A stretch of 37,592 nt of DNA from an uncultured virus (IMG/VR IMGVR_UViG_3300031951_000061) (lineage: Duplodnaviria; Heunggongvirae; Uroviricota; Caudoviricetes), in IMG/VR virus record IMGVR_UViG_3300031951_000061. One strand, given 5' to 3'. Shown here one piece after another: positions 28,485 to 35,471 of the stretch; position 1 is the first letter of the stretch; each line of letters starts with the position of its first letter. The translations under genes and the position numbers were made by a program. Under the pieces are notes generated by a model. It saw only the letters and a program-made list of their open reading frames with translations. It was not told where the DNA came from and did no database searches.

Positions 28485-28885
28485 TATAAACTTCCTATTG
28501 GAGTAATATTTCCAAGGACACATATTGTTCCAACTACTGGTGTCCAAACTGTATCTTCTTCTCCGCTACCGCCAGGAATTGTTACTTGAAGATCAAATGG
28601 TAGTTCAGATACAACTGACTTATATTGACTTCCCCAGTTTACGGTGGTTTCTGCTGAGGCAGAAATTGTTACATACCCAGCCTCATCTACTACGGCTAGT
28701 TCATCAAGAAAGTCCCCTGTTGGGTCGTAGGCTGTAGATGAAAATGTCCAGCCATCCGTATCCCAATATGTAGTTTCATCATCTTCAAAAAATTCTATTT
28801 TTAACGTTGCACTATCTCCACGGACTACGGTCCACTGAATGTTTGCTGGCGAGGCGCCATATTTTTCTATCGTAGGAGCACACAT
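28484..28885 (-). CDS. Ig-like/BppU-N-like virion protein (paralog 3)
   Basis: IQWTVVRGDSATL...FDLQV...GTICVLGNIT. Confidence 0.6.
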   Translation of the reverse strand: MCAPTIEKYGASPANIQWTVVRGDSATLKIEFFEDDETTYWDTDGWTFSSTAYDPTGDFLDELAVVDEAGYVTISASAETTVNWGSQYKSVVSELPFDLQVTIPGGSGEEDTVWTPVVGTICVLGNITPIGSL

Positions 28886-28903
28886 GATAATTGATTATAC
28901 CAT

Positions 28904-28960
28904 TAAATAAAACTGGACACCTAGATGCAGTGGGGTGGGGGATAGTATCTAGGTGCCAGC
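28904..28960 (-). ncRNA. candidate small RNA: one hairpin with a C-rich loop
   Basis: TGATATAAT (28967-28975), then CTGG-CACCTAGAT / ATCTAGGTG-T-CCAG stem, loop containing CCCCCACCCCAC, then TTTTATTT; no ORF. Confidence 0.55.
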
Positions 28961-29013
28961 ACGAAAATTATATCATTATATATGTTTTATAATATTTCTG
29001 ATATAATCGTTTT

Positions 29014-29748
29014 ATGGGGTTAGAGTTTAAAAGCAAAAAAATTATTTTTTATCCAAAATCTGAAAAAATAAAACAGATTATTCCTTGTCCACAAGTTGTT
29101 TCTGCTCCAAAATGGTTTAAGGAAATTCCAGTTTATCAAAAACAGGTAGGCTCTGTGTCTAATGATAAACTAATTGTAGAAAACGGTATACCAAACTATA
29201 CTGCTAAAGCCTGTATGCCATTTTTAGACTCATTAACTACTGGATATTCTTTTAATTTATGGTGTGATATTCAAGTAAGAATTAATCCAGATGGGGCTAC
29301 TACAATATCTTGGGGAAATACAGATGAAGATTTATCACCAATAGTTAGTAGGCCAGAGCCTGAAGGATTTGCTGTTCCAAATGGTTTTAATTCATTAGTT
29401 TTTAGTTGGACTTCTGCTTGGGGAATAAAAACACCAAAAGGTTATTCTTCTTTGCTGACCCATCCTTTTAATAGGACTGATCTTCCATTTTTAACAACGA
29501 CTGGAATTATGGATACAGACCGTTGGGGAATTTGGGGTACACAGCCATTTCATTTACAAAAAGATTTTGAAGGTGTTATTGAGGCTGGTACCCCCATTAT
29601 TCATATCTATCCCTTTAAAAGAGATAATTGGAAATCAGAAATAAATGATAGTTTAACTGAATGGGCTAATTATGAAAACATTAAAAGGTCGTCAAAATTT
29701 AGAGGTTATTATAAAAATAATTATTGGAGCAAAAAAAATTTTAGGTAA
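29014..29748 (+). CDS. DUF6065-like (dUTPase-fold-like) protein, paralog 2
   Basis: PKWFK, KACMPFLDSLTTGY, WGIKTPKGYS, GIMDTD, GTPIIHIYPFKRDNW; leaderless. Confidence 0.6.
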   Translation: MGLEFKSKKIIFYPKSEKIKQIIPCPQVVSAPKWFKEIPVYQKQVGSVSNDKLIVENGIPNYTAKACMPFLDSLTTGYSFNLWCDIQVRINPDGATTISWGNTDEDLSPIVSRPEPEGFAVPNGFNSLVFSWTSAWGIKTPKGYSSLLTHPFNRTDLPFLTTTGIMDTDRWGIWGTQPFHLQKDFEGVIEAGTPIIHIYPFKRDNWKSEINDSLTEWANYENIKRSSKFRGYYKNNYWSKKNFR

Positions 29749-29924
29749 AATATAACAAAAAGTTATAAAACCAGGGTATAAAAAGATTGTTATCAAACTG
29801 TTATAATATTTTTTTTAAAAGTGTAAAATCCAGGGTATTAGTAGTGTATACTTAAAATATATAAAGAAAAAGAATAACTAGCAAGTAAAGTATTTAAGAT
29901 ATCTTATATATTATATATAAAGAG

Positions 29925-30143
29925 TTATTTTTTAGAATGATCTTTAAAATGTTCAAGCAAAAGATCCATTAGTTTGTCAGTTTTTTGTTCTAAGCGGTCA
30001 ACAGAGTCTTTTAAACTGGATCCAGAATTCGGCTTAAGTTCGTTTAAATAATGTTTTACGAGCCAACGAATTGATCCGCCAATAATAGTTAATATTGAAA
30101 GAATCGTAAGTATTAGTTTTGCCCAGTCGTCTACTGTCATCAT
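29925..30143 (-). CDS. single-TM plus coiled-coil membrane protein (holin-like/lysis-associated)
   Basis: WAKLILTILSILTIIGGSIRW TM segment, then ELKPNSGSSLKDSVDRLE; start reassigned to the ATG after TGATATAAT. Confidence 0.55.
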   Translation of the reverse strand: MMTVDDWAKLILTILSILTIIGGSIRWLVKHYLNELKPNSGSSLKDSVDRLEQKTDKLMDLLLEHFKDHSKK

Positions 30144-30174
30144 TGTAAACAAATTATATCACTATTTGAGATTA

Positions 30175-30618
30175 TTATTCACAAATGTATGAAAATGACA
30201 TGTGAAATTTATCTTCAACGTTAGGGCTAAATGGAGTATTATAATCCATTGGCTCATCATTTCCAGAACCAGCATGTTGCCACAATGTCATTGTTGTACT
30301 TGATGGAATTAAATGTCCTTTTAAACTATAGTGTCTTAGTGTTGGCAATGTGTCATGTGCAGATCCACCATAAACATCCGTGTGATACTTTGAAGCAAAT
30401 GGCAATGTCAATGAATATTGACCAGTTCCAAAATTTGTAACAGTTGTATAAATAACATCAATTTGAATCATTACAAAATTACCGATTTTAATATATGATC
30501 CCGTTGCAGGTGTTTCAGTAAATGCAAGTCCAGTTCCAGACCAAGTCGGCGAATAGGACTGTATCTGCGTCGTAAGTCCACCAACATCGCCAAAAGCAGG
30601 ATGAGTAAATCTAGCCAC
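30175..30618 (-). CDS. fibre-tip-like beta domain protein
   Basis: YSPTWSG...GSYIKIGNFV..I...GTGQYSLTLPF resembles fibre C-terminal domains. Confidence 0.55.
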   Translation of the reverse strand: MARFTHPAFGDVGGLTTQIQSYSPTWSGTGLAFTETPATGSYIKIGNFVMIQIDVIYTTVTNFGTGQYSLTLPFASKYHTDVYGGSAHDTLPTLRHYSLKGHLIPSSTTMTLWQHAGSGNDEPMDYNTPFSPNVEDKFHMSFSYICE

Positions 30619-30897
30619 TTAAGGCTCCAAGCCAATTTGAATCATTGCGACATTCATAGAGTTAACGGATGAAGTAGCATATAGCGCATCGTTTGAAGAT
30701 AGTTCAAAAGAGATTGAGTGGTTTGGCAAAATTCTAAAACCGTAATTTGAAGATGTAACTCCTTCGCCACCAATATAAATATATCCAGTTGCGTTAACAT
30801 TTTGGAGCGTAACATCCATTCCACCGTGTGCGCCTGGTGGCGTCAAGCGAGTAGCGGAAGAATCGCTAAGTGTGACTAATGAATGCGCTGTTGCCAT
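30619..30897 (-). CDS. small virion/decoration-like protein
   Basis: 92 aa; LQNV...IYIGG.GVT..NYGFRI.P...LYA; leaderless. Confidence 0.6.
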   Translation of the reverse strand: MATAHSLVTLSDSSATRLTPPGAHGGMDVTLQNVNATGYIYIGGEGVTSSNYGFRILPNHSISFELSSNDALYATSSVNSMNVAMIQIGLEP

Positions 30898-31021
30898 CTA
30901 TTTAGTATATCGTATTATTTCGGCGGGATTTAGATTAAGCCGAAAATAGAATATCAAACCACTATAAGACACACTATGACTGCAAGCAGTCTAATAATGT
31001 CAATATGTTGAATATCTATAC

Positions 31022-31050
31022 TTGCTTAATATCCCGACATAGGTTATAAT
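31022..31050 (+). promoter_or_regulatory. promoter TTGCTT-17-TATAAT for a leaderless GTG start
   Basis: Canonical spacing; GTG 5 nt downstream; no SD. Confidence 0.65.
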
Positions 31051-31055
31051 GAGAT

Positions 31056-31652
31056 GTGCTAGATATCATTAAGCAAACCCTAGTTGAAGGTTTGACAAGT
31101 AAACTAAAAATACATCATAGTGTTTATAGACTTCCTTGTACCAGCGAATTTTTGGAAGAACTTATTGCTAACGTTTTGACTGAGGCAGGGTATATAAACG
31201 ATTGGCAGCCCAATAGAAGCCATAGTATCAGCGTAGACATGTCTTTAGAGTCAGGCGAAAGTTTCTCTGTCAAATCAGGCGTATATGCAAATAACACACT
31301 AACCTTCTCTGGATCCAGGCTAGGCAAATATCAAACCTTAGATGCCATGATATCTAGCGTAGTGGATAATAGTGCGGATTACTATGTGTGTCTTGCAAAG
31401 AGCGACCAGGATTGGTCTTCTGTACCGTCGCAAAATGAGAAGAAGGTTTACTATTTATTTGTCTTCCCTGCCCAAACCTTGATATATGATAGTGGGGTTT
31501 GGAATAAGGTTGAAACCAAATCTGGTGGATATAATTATGTTATGGAGTCTATCGGAATGTCAGCACGTATTAACACCTCTATGTCTTCTCAGTTATGGAC
31601 TAGTGTTAATGAATCGCTTATTGGTTCCCCGACAAAATTGGAAATACTGTGA
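31056..31652 (+). CDS. putative PD-(D/E)xK (restriction endonuclease-like) nuclease
   Basis: Helix SEFLEELIA, then VD(M)-x9-SVKSG, then DYYVCLA and YYLFVF strands; order fits the fold. Confidence 0.45.
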   Translation: MLDIIKQTLVEGLTSKLKIHHSVYRLPCTSEFLEELIANVLTEAGYINDWQPNRSHSISVDMSLESGESFSVKSGVYANNTLTFSGSRLGKYQTLDAMISSVVDNSADYYVCLAKSDQDWSSVPSQNEKKVYYLFVFPAQTLIYDSGVWNKVETKSGGYNYVMESIGMSARINTSMSSQLWTSVNESLIGSPTKLEIL

Positions 31653-31846
31653 GTGACAAAGTTCGTCCATGGGATATGATAAATGGATCGCCTAGGGTTT
31701 CAGCAGAGTTGGTTGAAGAAAGATTAAGTATTTGTTCTACATGCCCTGCTTTTAGACCATTGACTCAGACCTGTAAGAAGTGTGGATGTTTTATGAAAAT
31801 GAAAACACAATTAGAAAAGGCTTATTGTCCTTTAGGTAAGTGGTAA
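31649..31846 (+). CDS. Cys-rich zinc-binding protein (DUF6171-like)
   Basis: RLSICSTCP...CKKCGCFM..K......CPLGKW. Confidence 0.7.
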   Translation: MSDKVRPWDMINGSPRVSAELVEERLSICSTCPAFRPLTQTCKKCGCFMKMKTQLEKAYCPLGKW

Positions 31847-31849
31847 AGG

Positions 31850-32152
31850 TTAAATTGTTTTTTCTGGTTTAGGCCAAGTAAAATCCCATTTATCATCATA
31901 CATCCATGGGTAACCACACTCTGGATTATATTTATACCAGGTTCCTCTCCACTCAACTCCATAGTCTTTAAATTCTTCTTTCATTCTAGCCCAATTATCG
32001 TAATACCATTTTAACTTTTCAGGATTATCTTTATATAAATGATCAACAAGTGCAAAAAGCGCTTTCCAAGAACCTGGTGATTCATTACGAACTACTTCAG
32101 GCTTATATCTATATGATTGAATTTTTTGTTGTTCTACTAAGTCGTATTCCAT
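31850..32152 (-). CDS. hypothetical protein (aromatic-rich)
   Basis: 100-aa ORF with a GAAGGAAG SD-like sequence. Confidence 0.65.
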   Translation of the reverse strand: MEYDLVEQQKIQSYRYKPEVVRNESPGSWKALFALVDHLYKDNPEKLKWYYDNWARMKEEFKDYGVEWRGTWYKYNPECGYPWMYDDKWDFTWPKPEKTI

Positions 32153-32202
32153 GGGTCTTCCTTCTATAGTTTTATTCTATTATATTACCATATATCATAA
32201 TT

Positions 32203-32328
32203 TTATTTTTTAAAATACCAGACAACAATTGCTATCCCCGCCACAACTGCAAAAATTAACAAACCCCTGTCTAGGTGACTGTAATCTCCCCAACATTTAC
32301 TGGCCCCTGTATAACAATTATTCTTCAA
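32203..32328 (-). CDS. 41-aa membrane microprotein
   Basis: TTG start overlapping the upstream ORF; ...GLLIFAVVAGIAIVVWYFKK. Confidence 0.5.
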   Translation of the reverse strand: MKNNCYTGASKCWGDYSHLDRGLLIFAVVAGIAIVVWYFKK

Positions 32329-32479
32329 ATGAAGTCTGTGTTTCCATCAGTTTATTAAAGTCAGGAGTTGTTTCACACTCACAAGTATCGCAACATTTTT
32401 TTGATTTAGTTGTTGTGCTTTCAATGCTCATTCCTTTTGGGGTATGCCTATGCCATTGTTCAGGATAATTAGATTCCAT
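32318..32479 (-). CDS. 53-aa microprotein with a CCxxCxC motif
   Basis: GGAGG SD; MESNYPEQWHRH...KCCDTCEC... Confidence 0.55.
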   Translation of the reverse strand: MESNYPEQWHRHTPKGMSIESTTTKSKKCCDTCECETTPDFNKLMETQTSFEE

Positions 32480-32621
32480 GATCCTCCATATACTTTAGAC
32501 GTTCCATAAGTTTGTGATGCTCTGGATCTTCAAGCATTTCTTTAATTGCATCGGTAACTTTTTTACTTGGCATACCGTCGCCATCTGCCATAGAGGATTC
32601 TAAGTTTTCTAGAAAAGCCAT
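32469..32621 (-). CDS. 50-aa microprotein
   Basis: MAFLENLESS...MLEDPEHHKLMERLK; overlaps both neighbours. Confidence 0.55.
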   Translation of the reverse strand: MAFLENLESSMADGDGMPSKKVTDAIKEMLEDPEHHKLMERLKYMEDHGI

Positions 32622-32674
32622 AGGAGTGCTGCCAAACCGATTATAACTATAGAGATCAGGATCTGTTGTTTCAT
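32609..32674 (-). CDS. 21-aa leaderless membrane peptide (MKQQILISIVIIGLAALLWLF)
   Basis: ATG 6 nt after TATAAT; a single hydrophobic helix. Confidence 0.5.
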   Translation of the reverse strand: MKQQILISIVIIGLAALLWLF

Positions 32675-32689
32675 AGAATTATTATACTA

Positions 32690-32848
32690 CTAAATGGTCC
32701 ACCAGGTGTTATTGTTAAAGAAGAATCCAACCTTTTCCCTGTATTCGGCATATCCTTTATTTATCTTATCCCAATTGGGGTCATTAGTGTCCAAACCACA
32801 ATACCCGCATAAACCAGGACCTTGGTACTCATATACATGCTTGCACAT
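32690..32848 (-). CDS. 52-aa zinc-finger-like microprotein (leaderless; start reassigned)
   Basis: GGGTATAAT 6 nt before ATG; MCKH...CGYCG. Confidence 0.6.
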   Translation of the reverse strand: MCKHVYEYQGPGLCGYCGLDTNDPNWDKINKGYAEYREKVGFFFNNNTWWTI

Positions 32849-32937
32849 ACTTCTATTATACCCTGCCAAATCTGAAAAAATTTTCATTTTCATAAAATCT
32901 GAATATTTTTCTGAGATGTACGATATGCAATTTTAAA

Positions 32938-32969
32938 AATAAAAAATAAAAAAAATAGTGAGCACACTA
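32938..32969 (-). terminator. terminator of the leftward microprotein operon
   Basis: TAGTG-TGCT-CACTA overlapping the stop codon, then long T tracts. Confidence 0.55.
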
Positions 32970-33062
32970 CTCTTGGTAGTGGCTCCTATCATAGTCTGCA
33001 AGTGTCCCACCATTTTCTAGATGGGACTTGCGCTTTAACTGTTCAGCAGAATACTCTGCCAT
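32967..33062 (-). CDS. 31-aa microprotein
   Basis: MAEYSAEQLKRKSHLENGGTLADYDRSHYQE; directly abuts the upstream stop. Confidence 0.55.
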   Translation of the reverse strand: MAEYSAEQLKRKSHLENGGTLADYDRSHYQE

Positions 33063-33203
33063 TTATTTTTTCCACTGCTTTACTGACCAAATAAAAGCAA
33101 TAGTGCCAAACAATAACCATGTAGGTATCTCTATCGCTACACCATTTGGGTATAGATTGTTAATGTAAAGAGATACATACTCTAAGTCTGCGTAGAACTC
33201 CAC
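33063..33203 (-). CDS. 46-aa membrane microprotein
   Basis: GTG start overlapping TAG; IPTWLLFGTIAFIWSVKQWKK. Confidence 0.55.
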   Translation of the reverse strand: MEFYADLEYVSLYINNLYPNGVAIEIPTWLLFGTIAFIWSVKQWKK

Positions 33204-33361
33204 TATGCCACCTGCGAAATGTTATTGACCATGTGCTCAAACTTAACTGAGGTGTTGCCCTCGTTTAATTCTTTGACTGTAGCGATAACATCTTTCATGC
33301 TAGTTGCGGTTAGTGTGCCTTTGTATAGGCTACCTTGCCAAATTGAGTAAATGATTTTCAT
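33203..33361 (-). CDS. 52-aa microprotein
   Basis: GAGGAG SD; MKIIYSIWQGSLYKG... Confidence 0.6.
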   Translation of the reverse strand: MKIIYSIWQGSLYKGTLTATSMKDVIATVKELNEGNTSVKFEHMVNNISQVA

Positions 33362-33514
33362 TTAGTTATTCTCCTCTACATTGTATTGAGCAGATAGATA
33401 AGCGTTAGCCTGATTTAGTGCATCAAGCAGGGACTTATCCTCTCTATCATAGCGAGCCTGTTGGGCTTTTCTGATATCCGCAATAAGGTTATTGTTAGGG
33501 TTATTCTTTATCAT
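33362..33514 (-). CDS. 50-aa microprotein, first gene of the leftward operon
   Basis: AACGAAAGGA SD; MIKNNPNNNLIADIRKAQQARY... Confidence 0.6.
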   Translation of the reverse strand: MIKNNPNNNLIADIRKAQQARYDREDKSLLDALNQANAYLSAQYNVEENN

Positions 33515-33556
33515 TTTAGTTTATCCTTTCGTTAGATAACTTTCTTTATACCTGCA

Positions 33557-33578
33557 ATTCTAGCAGGGGGGTCTGACA
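33557..33578 (-). promoter_or_regulatory. promoter TGTCAG-N7-TGCTAGAAT
   Basis: One of five copies with identical spacing. Confidence 0.7.
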
Positions 33579-33650
33579 ATTTAGGGGGGTTATTTGCTAG
33601 GCTCACTGTGATTTGTATCACATTTACTTGCTAGGCTCACGCCCCTAAAT
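33579..33650 (-). repeat. nested symmetric element (17-bp direct repeats, outer inverted repeat, central CRP-like palindrome); candidate ncRNA
   Basis: ATTTAGGGG/CCCCTAAAT arms; TTAYTTGCTAGGCTCAC at 33590-33606 and 33624-33640; TGTGA-N6-TCACA at 33607-33622. Confidence 0.75.
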
Positions 33651-33677
33651 AATTCTTTATTTAATTTGTATACTGGA

Positions 33678-33706
33678 AGTTTAACATACTAAACCCCAAA
33701 AGTCAA
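33678..33706 (-). promoter_or_regulatory. promoter TTGACT-17-TAAACT with TG extension
   Basis: Canonical spacing; points into the symmetric element. Confidence 0.65.
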
Positions 33707-33813
33707 CACGACACGCCGTGAATAACACACATGTAATTAGTGATTTACACCACAAGACAAATGGTGCAAATCGGACATTGGCTCGGGGAACGACACGCCC
33801 GACCTCGTGATCC

Positions 33814-33882
33814 GTTATCCACATGACGCAGATCACATCAGCATTTCACGCTCAAGTTATCCACATGACCTACATCACATCA
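33814..33882 (+). repeat. 27-bp direct repeat x2, each a DnaA box overlapping a CRP-like site
   Basis: GTTATCCACATGAC-N4-ATCACATCA at 33814-33840 and 33856-33882 (42-bp period). Confidence 0.85.
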
Positions 33883-33919
33883 CACGATGTCCGTTTTGTC
33901 CTACCTACTGATCAGTAAA

Positions 33920-33941
33920 TGTCAGTGGTGGGTGTTATACT
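33920..33941 (+). promoter_or_regulatory. promoter TGTCAG-N7-TGTTATACT
   Basis: Conserved motif; leader GTATAAAGAAAGT is shared with the leftward promoter. Confidence 0.7.
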
Positions 33942-33991
33942 TCTAGTATAAAGAAAGTCAGAAAAGGTTTCTGAACTAGAAAGGAGTTCTA

Positions 33992-34237
33992 ATGAACTCA
34001 GTTAAAAATATAGAGATCGCTTACTATTGCGATGAAAATGAAAATCAAGAAATAGTTAATTATCTTGATACGCTAATTACTGGTTGTGTTAAACATGTTC
34101 CAAATCAATTAGCAATTTCTATCCATGAGGATATGAAATATACTTTCTGTGAGAATTGCGAAAGCAATATTTATTCTCACTATATTGAGGACAATGACTT
34201 CATGTCTTATTGGTCTTCATGGAAGGTAGGTAAGTAA
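33992..34237 (+). CDS. hypothetical protein with CxxH/CxxC motifs
   Basis: GAAAGGAG SD; CVKH...FCENCE. Confidence 0.7.
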   Translation: MNSVKNIEIAYYCDENENQEIVNYLDTLITGCVKHVPNQLAISIHEDMKYTFCENCESNIYSHYIEDNDFMSYWSSWKVGK

Positions 34238-34351
34238 ATGATAAAAACAATTTGTGAAATTTGTTATCAAAATACCGCTTACACTTCTAAGCGTAGTATC
34301 CCTGCTATGTGCGATGAATGTATCGTATTGAATTGGAAGGTGTCTAAATGA
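34238..34351 (+). CDS. 37-aa zinc-ribbon microprotein
   Basis: CEIC...CDEC; abuts the upstream stop. Confidence 0.6.
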   Translation: MIKTICEICYQNTAYTSKRSIPAMCDECIVLNWKVSK

Positions 34352-34449
34352 ATACCATAACTCTTAATTGTCGCTTATGCGATAACAAAATCTCTAGCGA
34401 TTTATTTGATGAGCAAGACATAATTACTTGCTCAAATTGTTGGGAGTAA
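34348..34449 (+). CDS. 33-aa zinc-ribbon microprotein
   Basis: CRLC...CSNC; ATGA overlap. Confidence 0.6.
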   Translation: MNTITLNCRLCDNKISSDLFDEQDIITCSNCWE

Positions 34450-34450
34450 A

Positions 34451-34573
34451 ATGTTAAACGAAATAAAAAATAAAATAATTCGTATTCAAGAATTGCGCCG
34501 TAGTAATGCGGCAACACCAATTCCAAATAAAAAAAAATATACTAGAAAGGTAAAACATAAAAATGGAAAATAA
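34451..34573 (+). CDS. 40-aa basic microprotein (ArfA-like C-terminal motif)
   Basis: MLNEIKNKIIRIQELRRSNAATPIPNKKKYTRKVKHKNGK; GGGAG SD. Confidence 0.6.
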   Translation: MLNEIKNKIIRIQELRRSNAATPIPNKKKYTRKVKHKNGK

Positions 34574-34670
34574 AAAAGATATTTTTAATTTTGAAAATGC
34601 AATTCAATTAAATCATTTAAATAAAAATGAATTAGAATTAGTTGCAAATATTTTAAAAGATTTTAAATAA
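34563..34670 (+). CDS. 35-aa microprotein
   Basis: MENKKDIFNFENAIQLNHLNKNELELVANILKDFK; overlaps the upstream ORF. Confidence 0.5.
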   Translation: MENKKDIFNFENAIQLNHLNKNELELVANILKDFK

Positions 34671-34675
34671 ATAAA

Positions 34676-34828
34676 TTAGAACAAACGTTCTAAAAACCCG
34701 AGGCGACGGCGTGTCGTCCACAGCCTGTGGATAACTTACGATGTGTGGTTAAGATCACACAAAACTTTGTCCATATTGTGAGATTTACGGCGTGGCGATT
34801 TGCTTTTGTCTGCTAATTTTGGTAAACT
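34676..34828 (+). promoter_or_regulatory. regulatory module A: LexA-like box, DnaA boxes, CRP-like box, promoter
   Basis: TAGAAC-AAAC-GTTCTA 34677-92; TGTGGATAA 34726-34; TGTGG-N6-TCACA 34744-59; TTGCTT-17-TAAACT with TGTCTG in the spacer. Confidence 0.75.
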
Positions 34829-34865
34829 TACGGAGTAAGAAAATAACGAAAGGAAGTGGCTAACA

Positions 34866-35066
34866 ATGGCTAACTTATTTACAATCCCTCAATTACTGGT
34901 AGGACAAAACTACCGCAGTAATTCTATCTCTGGAGAAATTATCTCAGCAGAGAAATCTCCTCAACCAATTTGGTATGGAGAAAATACTGAAGCCTATTTG
35001 GTAGGCGTTGTCTCTAATACTGGTAAGTATTCTTACCGCACCTTAGCAGTTAAGGTGGGTGAGTGA
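34866..35066 (+). CDS. 66-aa hypothetical protein (small beta protein)
   Basis: AACGAAAGG SD; ORF track. Confidence 0.7.
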   Translation: MANLFTIPQLLVGQNYRSNSISGEIISAEKSPQPIWYGENTEAYLVGVVSNTGKYSYRTLAVKVGE

Positions 35067-35188
35067 TGGGATATATAGAAGTATTCACCATGAATTCTGA
35101 GGGGGCTGGATGGCTAGACCTTTCAGATATTCCCGCAGAAACTCTCCTAGAGTTGGAACTAGGCTTGTTTAACGAAGGGGCTTTGTGA
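35066..35188 (+). CDS. 40-aa acidic microprotein
   Basis: MGYIEVFTMNSEGAGWLDLSDIPAETLLELELGLFNEGAL; TGATG coupling. Confidence 0.6.
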   Translation: MGYIEVFTMNSEGAGWLDLSDIPAETLLELELGLFNEGAL

Positions 35189-35249
35189 GGTATCTCACAC
35201 CCCAACACACCCCCCATAATTGGAAAATGTCAGCGATAACTGATAGAAT
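35184..35249 (+). promoter_or_regulatory. CRP-like box plus TGTCAG-N7-TGATAGAAT promoter
   Basis: Perfect TGTGA-GGTATC-TCACA 35184-99; -10 at 35244-49. Confidence 0.75.
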
Positions 35250-35282
35250 TACTACTCAAACAAAAACGAAAGGTGGTCAGAA

Positions 35283-35471
35283 ATGACTTTCACTGTAAGA
35301 CTAGAAACCTACAATGGTGCTACTAAAAAAATCAACCTACCTTCTAGGGGTGCGGTTGCTCAATTCATAAACACTTATCCAAACCAATTACCTGTTGGCG
35401 TATCTGTTAAATTAGATTGCGACGCTTTAGGTATTCGTGGAACACTAAGAGGCAAGGGGTTAGTTAAATGA
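35283..35471 (+). CDS. 62-aa hypothetical protein
   Basis: AACGAAAGGTGG SD; ORF track. Confidence 0.7.
   Translation: MTFTVRLETYNGATKKINLPSRGAVAQFINTYPNQLPVGVSVKLDCDALGIRGTLRGKGLVK

Noticed and set aside
29085..29093. TTGTCCACA DnaA-like box
   Set aside because: Single copy inside a coding region; likely chance.
32229..32936. Plus-strand ORFs 32229..32468 and 32694..32936
   Set aside because: The minus strand carries a coupled chain of small ORFs with promoters, which explains the region better.
33590..33882. CRISPR mini-array
   Set aside because: Only two copies of each repeat, 15-17 bp between them, and no cas genes.
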